Source: Christensenella sp. UBA3217 (lineage in GTDB: Bacteria > Bacillota > Clostridia > Christensenellales > CAG-1252). Taken from it: a stretch of DNA of 64,000 bases. Positions 29,146-36,090 of this stretch are shown piece by piece. The notes under the pieces were generated by a model. The model searched no databases, was not told where the DNA came from, and saw only the letters and a list, made by a program, of their open reading frames with translations. The translations under genes were made by a program, and so were the position numbers. Position 1 is the stretch's first letter. The number at the start of each line of letters is the position of its first letter. The DNA lies in NCBI GenBank assembly GCA_002363545.1, contig DEWF01000001.1:106880-170879 (forward strand). Direction: 5' to 3'.

Positions 29146-29609
29146 AGATCATGATATTTTCCGACCTACATGGGGATTCCGATCAGGAGATCGAAAGGGC
29201 ATTTGAAACAAACGATTACGTTGTCTTTTTAGGTGACGGGTTAATGAAGATCCGTTATTTCGAGTACGCTTATCCCGAAAAGTTTTTATTTGTAAGAGGC
29301 AATTGCGACGGTTATGACGAAACGCCGCTTCGTCGTATACTTGATTTTGACGGCATACGCGTAATGCTCACCCACGGACATGAAGAACGTGTAAAATATG
29401 GGTTGATGACCCTTTTCGGCGTGGCAAAAAAAGAGAATATCAACGTTGCGCTTTTCGGGCATACGCACCGTGCGGAGGTCACTGAGATAGACGGAATTCT
29501 CTTTGTAAATCCCGGTAGCGCCTCTTCCTCTTACGGTGGGAAAGCAACGGCGGCTCGTCTTACGATAGAGAAGGGGAAATATTTCGCGGAAATCATAAAA
29601 TTTGATTGA
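29142..29609 (+). CDS. YfcE/MJ0936-family metallophosphoesterase
   Basis: 155 aa with the motifs FSDLHGD, GDG, GNCD, THGH and GHTH. Confidence 0.85.
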   Translation: MKIMIFSDLHGDSDQEIERAFETNDYVVFLGDGLMKIRYFEYAYPEKFLFVRGNCDGYDETPLRRILDFDGIRVMLTHGHEERVKYGLMTLFGVAKKENINVALFGHTHRAEVTEIDGILFVNPGSASSSYGGKATAARLTIEKGKYFAEIIKFD

Positions 29610-29615
29610 ATACTG

Positions 29616-29645
29616 TTGACATTTGATTTCGCGGTATTGTAATAT
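29616..29645 (+). promoter_or_regulatory. Putative sigma-A promoter of the tRNA cluster
   Basis: TTGACA (29616-29621), an 18-nt spacer, then TAATAT (29640-29645), 25 nt upstream of tRNA-Gly. Confidence 0.55.
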
Positions 29646-29670
29646 TAAAAACGCTGCTACTGAACAATGT

Positions 29671-29744
29671 GCGGGTGTAGTTCAACGGTAGAATCCCAGC
29701 CTTCCAAGCTGGTCGTGTGGGTTCGATTCCCATCACTCGCTCCA
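29671..29744 (+). tRNA. tRNA-Gly (anticodon UCC)
   Basis: I folded the cloverleaf by hand. The acceptor stem is GCGGGTG/CACTCGC, the anticodon stem CCAGC/GCTGG with loop CTTCCAA, and the T-arm GTGGG-TTCGATT-CCCAT. CCA is encoded. Confidence 0.95.
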
Positions 29745-29764
29745 ATCGTGCTTGGCGTGAATAT

Positions 29765-29841
29765 GGGCCAGTAGCTCAGCAGGATAGAGCAACGGCCTTC
29801 TAAGCCGTAGGTCGGGGGTTCGAATCCCTCCTGGCTCGCCA
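29765..29841 (+). tRNA. tRNA-Arg (anticodon UCU)
   Basis: The acceptor stem is GGGCCAG/CTGGCTC, the anticodon stem ACGGC/GCCGT with loop CTTCTAA, and the T-loop TTCGAAT. CCA is encoded. Confidence 0.95.
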
Positions 29842-29869
29842 GCACAAAAACTTCATAATGGTGGGTATA

Positions 29870-29947
29870 GCTCAGCTGGTTAGAGCGCCAGGTTGTGGCC
29901 CTGGAGGCCGAGAGTTCGAATCTCTCTACTCACCCCATTTTAATAAA
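29870..29947 (+). tRNA. tRNA-His (anticodon GUG) with encoded G-1
   Basis: An extra 5' G at 29870 lies opposite discriminator C. The acceptor stem is GTGGGTA/TACTCAC and the anticodon stem CCAGG/CCTGG with loop TTGTGGC. CCA is encoded. Confidence 0.95.
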
Positions 29948-29963
29948 CTGCGTTGGGGTGTCG

Positions 29964-30028
29964 CCAAGCGGTAAGGCACGAGACTTTGACTCTCGCACTC
30001 GTAGGTTCAAATCCTGCCACCCCAGCCA
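29964..30028 (+). tRNA. tRNA-Gln (anticodon UUG)
   Basis: The acceptor stem is TGGGGTG/CACCCCA, the anticodon stem CGAGA/TCTCG with loop CTTTGAC, and the T-arm GTAGG-TTCAAAT-CCTGC. CCA is encoded. Confidence 0.95.
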
Positions 30029-30093
30029 AATGATAACTCGCCTTTCGGGGCGAGTTTTTATTTACATAACGGCAGAATTTGAACGAGAGCGTT
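30027..30093 (+). repeat. 67-bp direct repeat, copy 1 (starts in the CCA end of tRNA-Gln and contains the tRNA-cluster terminator)
   Basis: The sequence caaatgataactcgcctttcggggcgagtttttatttacataacggcagaatttgaacgagagcgtt is identical, base for base, to 31334-31400. Confidence 0.95.
30035..30059 (+). terminator. Rho-independent terminator of the tRNA cluster (inside repeat copy 1)
   Basis: An 8-bp stem (aactcgcc / ggcgagtt) followed by a T-run. Confidence 0.75.
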
Positions 30094-30125
30094 AAAAAAA
30101 ACAGCAGTTGACTTCTGCTGTTTTT
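30094..30125. terminator. Bidirectional terminator-like hairpin at the left edge of the islet
   Basis: An A8 run, the stem aacagcag / ctgctgtt with loop ttgactt, then a T5 run. Confidence 0.6.
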
Positions 30126-30192
30126 AGCGGCTGACCGAAGCAAAGCGAAAAGCAGAAACTTGATAAAAAGTATGCTTTGCGCTTTGCAAGAG

Positions 30193-30213
30193 CAAATCCT
30201 GCCACCCCAGCCA
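30193..30213 (+). repeat. 21-nt duplicate of the tRNA-Gln 3' end (T-loop to CCA); att-like remnant
   Basis: caaatcctgccaccccagcca at 30193-30213 is identical to 30008-30028 of the intact tRNA-Gln. It is followed by a different downstream sequence. Confidence 0.9.
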
Positions 30214-30214
30214 G

Positions 30215-30254
30215 AAAAGACTCATCTTTTGGTGGACAAAAGATGAGTCTTTTA
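30215..30254 (+). terminator. Strong hairpin/terminator following the tRNA-Gln fragment
   Basis: A perfect 16-bp stem (aaaagactcatctttt / aaaagatgagtctttt) with loop ggtggac. Confidence 0.7.
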
Positions 30255-30257
30255 AAC

Positions 30258-30432
30258 TAAATCCGTCCTTGCGGACGGGTAAAATCGCCTTGTCGGGCGG
30301 TGAAATCACTTTGTGGTGAAATCCGCCTGCGGCGGGTTAAGGACGGATTTAATTTCACCGAAGTCGCAGCCTTCGATTTCACCTGAGGGCATAAGCCCGA
30401 GGATTTCACCGCGCCAACGGCGCGATTTCACT
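30258..30432. repeat. Inverted array of eight 9-mers (GGTGAAATC x4 on the left arm, GATTTCACC x4 on the right arm) separated by short, distinct GC-rich spacers, most of which are palindromic
   Basis: Left-arm copies: TAAATC 30258-30263, GGTAAAATC 30278-30286, GGTGAAATC 30299-30307 and 30315-30323. Right-arm copies: GGATTTAATTTCACC 30345-30359, GATTTCACC 30375-30383 and 30402-30410, GATTTCAC 30424-30431. Spacers: cgtccttgcggacg, gccttgtcgggc, actttgt, cgcctgcggcg, gaagtcgcagccttc, gagggcataagccc and gcgccaacggcgc; all but actttgt are small palindromes. Confidence 0.9.
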
Positions 30433-30433
30433 A

Positions 30434-30462
30434 TTGAATCATTTACATTTTTCGAGTATAAT
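30434..30462 (+). promoter_or_regulatory. Putative sigma-A promoter of the GNAT gene, abutting the 9-mer array
   Basis: TTGAAT (30434-30439), a 17-nt spacer, then the consensus TATAAT (30457-30462). Confidence 0.55.
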
Positions 30463-30509
30463 AATAAGAAAAAAGAGAGCGACAAATCGGGATTACGCGG
30501 GAAACTGTT

Positions 30510-31256
30510 ATGGAATACATAAAGGTTACAAAAGATAACATTGAAAGCGAACATATCTGCTGTGCCATTTCAAACAATAAGGATGTTCAGGTTGCATCAA
30601 AAAAAGCATGGCTTACCGCACGTTTTGATGACGGGCTTGTATTTCTTAAAAGCGTGGAGCGCGGGAAGTGTTTTATTGAATATATACCTGCTGAAAATGC
30701 GTGGAATCCGATAGATGCAGACGGTTATATGTATATTGACTGTCTATGGGTATCCGGCTCATTTAAGGGGCATGGATATTCAAACGAACTTTTAGACGAG
30801 TGTATAAAAGACAGTAAAGCCAAGGGGAAAACCGGTCTTTGCATTTTAACTTCCGAAAAGAAAAAACCGTTTCTTGCAGATCCGAAATATCTGAAACACA
30901 AAGGTTTTACCGTTTGCGATGAGGCTGATAACGGAATTCAGCTTGCATATTTGCCGTTTGCCGCTTCTGCCGCAAAACCCCGTTTCAAAGAGTGCGCCAA
31001 GTATCCGCGTATCGAAGAAAAAGGATATGTGCTTTACTATACAAGCCAGTGTCCCTTTAACGCAAAATATGTTCCGATCGTGGAACAAACTGCCAAAGAG
31101 CATAATATTCCGTTCAAAGCGATACGCATCGAAAATAAAGAACAGGCGCAGAACGCACCTACACCGATCACAACGTATGCTCTCTTTTATGACGGAGTAT
31201 ATCTGACAAACGAGCAGATGAATGATACTAAATTTTTGAAGCTGGTTGCTCGATAA
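30510..31256 (+). CDS. GNAT-family N-acetyltransferase with a YoaP-like C-terminal domain
   Basis: 248 aa with a GNAT motif-A-like segment LWVSGSFKGHGYSNELLDECI. The C-terminal half (YVLYYTSQCPFNAKYVPIVEQTAKEHNIPFKAIRI...) resembles the YoaP-like domain. By eye the gene is more AT-rich than its neighbours. Confidence 0.7.
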   Translation: MEYIKVTKDNIESEHICCAISNNKDVQVASKKAWLTARFDDGLVFLKSVERGKCFIEYIPAENAWNPIDADGYMYIDCLWVSGSFKGHGYSNELLDECIKDSKAKGKTGLCILTSEKKKPFLADPKYLKHKGFTVCDEADNGIQLAYLPFAASAAKPRFKECAKYPRIEEKGYVLYYTSQCPFNAKYVPIVEQTAKEHNIPFKAIRIENKEQAQNAPTPITTYALFYDGVYLTNEQMNDTKFLKLVAR

Positions 31257-31333
31257 ATTCCGGTGGAGGCAAAAGTGTACATCATTTAGGCGTTTTTACC
31301 TTGATTATGTATCATTTACGCGCTCTTTTACAA

Positions 31334-31400
31334 ATGATAACTCGCCTTTCGGGGCGAGTTTTTATTTACATAACGGCAGAATTTGAACGAGAGCGTTGTG
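31334..31400 (+). repeat. 67-bp direct repeat, copy 2 (its hairpin at 31342-31366 probably terminates the GNAT gene)
   Basis: Identical to 30027-30093. The flanks differ on both sides. Confidence 0.95.
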
Positions 31401-31476
31401 AAAACCCGCGATGATCGCATTTTGATGCGAGATTATAAATACCGCAGAACCGTTTTAAATCTCATCAATTTTTTGT

Positions 31477-31505
31477 TTTACAATCACGCTTGAATATGCT
31501 ATGAT
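31477..31505 (+). promoter_or_regulatory. Putative sigma-A promoter of the ZIP transporter gene
   Basis: TTTACA (31477-31482), a 17-nt spacer, then TATGAT (31500-31505). Confidence 0.45.
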
Positions 31506-31541
31506 TTTTTCGAATAAGATGGTAGGAGATTGGGTTAAACT

Positions 31542-32318
31542 ATGCTTTACGTGTTTATCGGTGTTTTAATACCCTTTTTAGGAACCTGTTTAGGGTCTTC
31601 CTGCGTCTTTTTCTTGCGTGGAGATATGAACGATAAGCTTAAAAAGGGCTTAACGGCCTTTGCGGCGGGTATCATGGTTTCCGCATCTTTTTTCAGTTTG
31701 ATTGTTCCCGCTTTGGAAGAATCCAAAGATATGGGCAAATTTGCTTTTGCGCCCGCTGCCATCGGTTTTTTGATCGGTATGCTGTTTTTGCTTGCGCTTG
31801 ATATTGTTATCCCGCATATCCATAATGATAAAAGCGAGGAGGGCGTAAAAAGCGGTTTGAAAAACACAACCAAAATGTTTCTTGCCGTGGCGCTTCATAA
31901 CCTTCCCGAAGGAATGACGGTTGGTGTGATCTTTGCCGGCTGGCTTTACGGTAATCAAACCATATCTTTAATGGGAGCCGTGGTCATGTCCATCGGTATT
32001 GCTTTGCAAAACTTCCCCGAAGGTGCGATCGTGTCCATGCCGCTTAGGGCGGAAGGTATGCCCAAAGGCAAAACTTTTCTTTACGGTGTTTTATCCGGTG
32101 TGGTGGAACCCATCGGCGCGGTGCTGACCATTTTTGCCGCAAGTGTATTTTTGCCCATTCTTCCGTATCTTTTGGCTTTTGCCGCAGGCGCCATGTTTTA
32201 TGTGGTGGTGGAAGAATTGATCCCCGAAACGGCAAGAGGAGAACACACCAACGTTTCCACCGTGTGCTTTGCCATCGGTTTTGTGGTTATGATGGCGTTG
32301 GATATCGGTTTGGCGTAA
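31542..32318 (+). CDS. zupT: ZIP-family divalent metal (zinc) transporter, ZupT-like
   Basis: 258-aa polytopic protein with the paired motifs ALHNLPEGMTVG and ALQNFPEGAIVS. Confidence 0.85.
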   Translation: MLYVFIGVLIPFLGTCLGSSCVFFLRGDMNDKLKKGLTAFAAGIMVSASFFSLIVPALEESKDMGKFAFAPAAIGFLIGMLFLLALDIVIPHIHNDKSEEGVKSGLKNTTKMFLAVALHNLPEGMTVGVIFAGWLYGNQTISLMGAVVMSIGIALQNFPEGAIVSMPLRAEGMPKGKTFLYGVLSGVVEPIGAVLTIFAASVFLPILPYLLAFAAGAMFYVVVEELIPETARGEHTNVSTVCFAIGFVVMMALDIGLA

Positions 32319-32395
32319 AAAGCTATTTTAAGCGCTCTTTTTTATACTTTTAATATAGTTATAAAAATATTTTTATATTTTGAGAGGAAAATGCG

Positions 32396-32424
32396 TTGCG
32401 CACGCGCGTGAATTTTGCTATACT
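32396..32424 (+). promoter_or_regulatory. Putative sigma-A promoter of the decarboxylase operon
   Basis: TTGCGC (32396-32401), a 17-nt spacer, then TATACT (32419-32424). Confidence 0.4.
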
Positions 32425-32477
32425 GTTATACGGAAAAATTTTGTTGCGGCATAGCCGCCAATCGGATAGGAGGGTAT

Positions 32478-33857
32478 ATGAAAGTTCAGTTTACCGAGAC
32501 AGTGCTTCGCGATGCAAACCAGTCGCTGATCGCTACAAGGCTTCCCATCGAGAAGTTTGAGGGTATCCTCAGCACGATGGATCAAGCCGGTTATTATTCG
32601 GTGGAGTGCTGGGGCGGAGCAACCTTTGACAGTTGCTTGCGTTTCTTGAATGAGGATCCGTGGGAGAGGCTCCGTCGCATCAAAGCGGCAATGCCGAACA
32701 CCAAATTGCAAATGCTTTTGAGAGGGCAAAACCTGCTTGGTTATAAGCATTATCCCGATGACGTTGTTCGTAAGTTCGTGGAGCGTTCCGTGGCAAACGG
32801 CATTGATATCATCAGGATCTTTGACGCTTTGAACGATATGCGCAATATCAAAGTGGCGGTTGAGGAAACCATTAAGCAGGGCGCCATGGCTTCGGGTGCC
32901 ATCAGTTATACCACCAGCCCGGTGCATACCCTTGCCAATTTTGTGCAAGTTGGTAAAGAGATGAAAGAAATGGGCTGTTCCACCATTTGTATTAAAGATA
33001 TGGCGGGCGTAATGGGGCCTCAAGAAGCGTATGACCTCGTTTCCGCATTAAAGGATTCCGTCGGACTTCCCGTTGTGTTGCACACGCACTGCACCACCGG
33101 CCTTGCATATATGACCGCTCTCAAAGCGGTGGAAGCGGGTGTGGACGTGTTGGATACCGCTACGAGCACCTTCTCCGGCGGTACTTCGCAACCTGCCACC
33201 GAGACCCTTGCTTATGCCTTGAAACAACTCGGATACGAAGTGGATCTGAACGCGGACGTTTTGAAGCAGATCAACGACTTCTTTAAACCCGTATTTGCTG
33301 ATTTTGTAAAGAGTGGCACTTTGAAAGCAAAGTCCCTTTCCACCGATACCAACGCATTAAGTTATAAAGTTCCCGGCGGTATGCTCAGCAACCTTCTTTC
33401 TCAGCTTGAACAGCAAAACGCACTTGATAGATTGGAAGAGGTTCTTACCGAAACTCCGAAAGTCAGAGAAGACCTTGGGTTCCCGCCCCTTGTGACTCCC
33501 ATGAGCCAAATGGTTGGCGTGCAAGCCACGAGCAACGTGCTTTTCGGCCGTTACGTGAACGTGAGTAAGGAAGTGAAAGCCTATCTCCGCGGTGAGTACG
33601 GCAGGGCGCCCGGTAAGATCAACGAGGAACTGAAAAAGCAAGTTCTCGGTGACGAAAAACCCATCACTTGCCGTTTTGCCGATACCCTTGAACCGCAGTT
33701 TGAAGCAACTAAGGCGCAACTTGCCGGCATCGCTAAAAACGATGAGGACGTGCTTTCCTATATCGCTTTCCCGCAGGTAGCAGAGCGTTTCTTTGATGCT
33801 CGCCGCGAGAAAGAGGAAAAGAAGGCTACTTACACGATCGAGAAGGTGGAGGATTGA
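32478..33857 (+). CDS. oadA: Oxaloacetate decarboxylase alpha subunit, carboxyltransferase domain only (5S / PycB-like, no fused biotin domain)
   Basis: The track ORF starts at 32415. I prefer ATG 32478 after the SD AGGAGG (32468-32473). The N-terminus VQFTETVLRDANQSL is typical of pyruvate carboxyltransferase (HMGL-like) TIM barrels. The protein is 459 aa and ends before any AMKM motif. Confidence 0.85.
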   Translation: MKVQFTETVLRDANQSLIATRLPIEKFEGILSTMDQAGYYSVECWGGATFDSCLRFLNEDPWERLRRIKAAMPNTKLQMLLRGQNLLGYKHYPDDVVRKFVERSVANGIDIIRIFDALNDMRNIKVAVEETIKQGAMASGAISYTTSPVHTLANFVQVGKEMKEMGCSTICIKDMAGVMGPQEAYDLVSALKDSVGLPVVLHTHCTTGLAYMTALKAVEAGVDVLDTATSTFSGGTSQPATETLAYALKQLGYEVDLNADVLKQINDFFKPVFADFVKSGTLKAKSLSTDTNALSYKVPGGMLSNLLSQLEQQNALDRLEEVLTETPKVREDLGFPPLVTPMSQMVGVQATSNVLFGRYVNVSKEVKAYLRGEYGRAPGKINEELKKQVLGDEKPITCRFADTLEPQFEATKAQLAGIAKNDEDVLSYIAFPQVAERFFDARREKEEKKATYTIEKVED

Positions 33858-33859
33858 TT

Positions 33860-34258
33860 ATGGCACTTTTTCTTGCGGAAAATGCACAAGACGCCGCCAA
33901 AAATGCTGCTGAAAAGGTTGCCATCGGGGACGGGTTCTTGTATGCGTTGCTCGGCTTTGGCATCGTGCTGTTGGTTCTTGTCGTGCTGATGGGCTTTATT
34001 TACCTTCTTTCTTACGTGGCACGCAAATCGGATGGGTTATTTGCAAAAAAGCCTAAGCAAGAGGCGGCGCCCTCGGCGGCACCTGCACTTGCACCCGGTT
34101 CGAGCGGGAATGTAAAACTCAATAACGTGGATGATCGTACTGCCGCAATGGTGATGGCGATCGTGGCGGATGAAATGCAGACTCCCTTAAACGAGTTGCG
34201 TTTTATCTCTATCAAAGAAATCCAAGACGCCGACGGCGGTGAATCTCTTGCGAAATAG
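33860..34258 (+). CDS. oadG: OadG-family small membrane subunit of the Na+-pumping decarboxylase
   Basis: It has a single TM segment (FLYALLGFGIVLLVLVVLMGFIYLL) and an Ala/Pro-rich linker, in operon position. I prefer ATG 33860 because of its spacing from GGTGGAGGA; the track start is TTG 33854. Confidence 0.7.
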   Translation: MALFLAENAQDAAKNAAEKVAIGDGFLYALLGFGIVLLVLVVLMGFIYLLSYVARKSDGLFAKKPKQEAAPSAAPALAPGSSGNVKLNNVDDRTAAMVMAIVADEMQTPLNELRFISIKEIQDADGGESLAK

Positions 34259-34271
34259 GAGGAGAAAGATT

Positions 34272-34655
34272 ATGAAGTATAAAGTAAAACTTAACAATAA
34301 GATTTATGAAGTTGAAGTGGAAAAGGGCAATGCGGAGCTTCTTTCCGAGTACGACGCGATCTCCGCTCCCGCTGCTGCTCCCGTAGCTGCTGCTCCTGCT
34401 GCCGCGGCTCCTACTGCTGCCGCTCCCGCTCCCGCCGCTTCCGGCAATGCCACTCCTTCTCCTCTTCCCGGTATGGTCGTAGCAGTTAAAAAGAACGTTG
34501 GGGACAAGGTGAAAGCCGGCGAGATCGTGATGCTGATCGAGGCAATGAAGATGGAGAATGAGATCTCCGCCCCCAAGGACGGCACGTTGGTTGCCGTTTT
34601 GGCGCCTAAGGGCACGCAAGTGCAGGTTGGGTCCCCTCTCTTTGAGATAGCGTGA
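34272..34655 (+). CDS. Biotin carboxyl carrier protein (stand-alone biotinyl domain with an Ala/Pro linker)
   Basis: ATG 34272 follows the SD AGGAGGAG. The biotinylation motif is EAMKMENEI. The Ala/Pro linker is SAPAAAPVAAAPAAAAPTAAAPAPAAS. Confidence 0.9.
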   Translation: MKYKVKLNNKIYEVEVEKGNAELLSEYDAISAPAAAPVAAAPAAAAPTAAAPAPAASGNATPSPLPGMVVAVKKNVGDKVKAGEIVMLIEAMKMENEISAPKDGTLVAVLAPKGTQVQVGSPLFEIA

Positions 34656-34662
34656 GGATAGT

Positions 34663-35865
34663 ATGAATGCTGAAAATGTATCGAATATAGTCAAAGGACT
34701 TGCAAGCGATTCGGGGTTCGGTGCCTTTACTTGGCAGTCGGTCGTGATGATCGTGATTGCTTGCATCCTGCTTTTCCTTGGCATTTCCAAGAAGTTTGAA
34801 CCTCTTTTGCTCGTGGGTATTGCGTTCGGTATGCTTATTACCAACTTGCCCGGACTTAGTTCCGGTGACAACGCGCTCTTTCATTCCGAACTGTGGTTCA
34901 GTCAAGAAGTGGCGGATCACGGAGTGAATTATGCAAACGTACTGCATAACGGCGGATTGTTGGATTTGCTTTATATCGGAGTTAAAACGGGTATTTATCC
35001 CTGTTTGATCTTTATTGGTGTGGGTGCCATGACGGACTTTGGTCCCATGCTTGCCAACCCCAAGTCGTTGATCCTCGGCGCGGCGGCGCAGCTCGGTATC
35101 TATATGGCGCTTATCCTTGCCATCATCTTCGGCTTCACCGGAAACGTAGCGGCTTCCGTGGCGATCATAGGCGGCGCGGATGGTCCTACCGCCATCTTCG
35201 TCACCAAGACCCTTGCCCCGGACAAGCTTGGCGCTATCGCTATAGCGGCTTACTCCTATATGGCGCTCATCCCCCTGATACAGCCTCCCATCATGCGTGC
35301 GCTTACCACCAAGAAAGAGCGTATGATCAAGATGGATCAGCTGCGCACCGTGAGCAAAAAGGAAAAGATCATCTTCCCCATAGCGGTCACCGTATTGGTC
35401 TGTATCCTGCTCCCCAGCGTGGCGCCGTTGCTCGGCTGCTTGATGTTCGGAAACCTCTTAAAGGAGTGCGGTGTGACGGAAAGGCTGTCGGATACCGCGC
35501 AAAATGCCTTGATGAATATCGTCACTCTCTTCCTCGGCATCTCGGTGGGCGCTACGGCGGTCTATACCAGCTTCCTGACCAAGGAGACCCTGATGATCGT
35601 CGGCTTGGGCTTGCTTGCTTTCTGCTTCTCTACGGCGGGCGGTGTGCTTATGGGCAAACTGATGTGCTGGATCACCAAAGGAAAGATCAATCCCCTTATT
35701 GGCGCGGCAGGTGTTTCCGCGGTGCCTATGGCGGCCCGTGTGGCGCACAACGAAGGCAAAAAGTGGAATGCGGATAACTACCTTTTGATGCACGCAATGG
35801 GTCCCAACGTGGCGGGCGTTATCGGCTCGGCGGTTGCTGCAGGATTCTTGCTGGCGGTGTTTTAA
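34663..35865 (+). CDS. oadB: Na+-translocating decarboxylase beta subunit (OadB/GcdB/MmdB family)
   Basis: 400-aa polytopic protein with GAADGPT-like and AAGVSAVPMAARV segments, in operon context. Confidence 0.9.
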   Translation: MNAENVSNIVKGLASDSGFGAFTWQSVVMIVIACILLFLGISKKFEPLLLVGIAFGMLITNLPGLSSGDNALFHSELWFSQEVADHGVNYANVLHNGGLLDLLYIGVKTGIYPCLIFIGVGAMTDFGPMLANPKSLILGAAAQLGIYMALILAIIFGFTGNVAASVAIIGGADGPTAIFVTKTLAPDKLGAIAIAAYSYMALIPLIQPPIMRALTTKKERMIKMDQLRTVSKKEKIIFPIAVTVLVCILLPSVAPLLGCLMFGNLLKECGVTERLSDTAQNALMNIVTLFLGISVGATAVYTSFLTKETLMIVGLGLLAFCFSTAGGVLMGKLMCWITKGKINPLIGAAGVSAVPMAARVAHNEGKKWNADNYLLMHAMGPNVAGVIGSAVAAGFLLAVF

Positions 35866-35876
35866 TATCCCGTAAG

Positions 35877-35910
35877 CAGTCAATCGTAACAAACAGTCAA
35901 TCGCAACAAA
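35877..35910 (+). repeat. Tandem 17-bp duplication between the oadB stop and its terminator
   Basis: cagtcaatcgtaacaaa (35877-35893) is followed directly by cagtcaatcgcaacaaa (35894-35910), with one mismatch. Confidence 0.85.
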
Positions 35911-35916
35911 TAAAAG

Positions 35917-35950
35917 CAAAGCGGCGAAACTTCTTCGCCGCTTTGTTATA
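35917..35950 (+). terminator. Rho-independent terminator of the decarboxylase operon
   Basis: A 12-bp perfect stem (caaagcggcgaa / ttcgccgctttg) with loop acttc, followed by T-rich sequence. Confidence 0.65.
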
Positions 35951-36026
35951 TGTTTAAGTGAATTCAGACTATTTTTTCTAAACTGATTCTTTTATCTATT
36001 CAATATTTTAAAACTGAAAATCACTA

Positions 36027-36055
36027 TTGAACTTAGAATAATTATATGTTAAAAT
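36027..36055 (+). promoter_or_regulatory. Putative sigma-A promoter of the giant lipoprotein gene / glycan locus
   Basis: TTGAAC (36027-36032), a 17-nt spacer, then TAAAAT (36050-36055), in a very AT-rich 220-bp gap. The SD GGAGGG precedes ATG 36091. Confidence 0.5.
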
Positions 36056-36090
36056 TATAATGTATAAGTATTTGCACACGGAGGGCAACA

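Larger units (their letters stand above)
30027..31400. mobile_element. Remnant integrated islet at the 3' end of tRNA-Gln (no integrase present)
   Basis: The region is bounded by perfect 67-bp direct repeats. It contains a second copy of the tRNA-Gln 3' end with a foreign terminator, a 9-mer array and one cargo gene (GNAT). No recombinase ORF is present. Confidence 0.6.

Noticed and set aside
30258-30432. A CRISPR-array interpretation of the 9-mer repeats.
   Set aside because: The repeats are only 9 bp and the spacers only 7-18 bp. The two halves are in opposite orientation, most spacers are themselves palindromes, and no cas genes or leader are present in the window.
30306-30554. ORFs 30306-30554(-), 30313-30522(+) and 30124-30309(-) across the islet repeat region.
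   Set aside because: Their periodic peptide motifs (ISP/GEI) simply mirror the 9-mer DNA repeat. There is no SD, they overlap hairpins and the promoter, and they show no protein-like composition.
30027-31400. An intact prophage, ICE or IS element at tRNA-Gln.
   Set aside because: No integrase, excisionase, transposase or terminal inverted repeats are present, and there is only one cargo gene. I report it as a remnant islet instead.
34361-34443. A GC-rich gct/gcc/ccc-rich nucleotide repeat tract.
   Set aside because: It encodes the Ala/Pro hinge (SAPAAAPVAAAPAAAAPTAAAPAPAAS) typical of biotin/lipoyl carrier proteins. It is coding low complexity, not a regulatory or mobile repeat.
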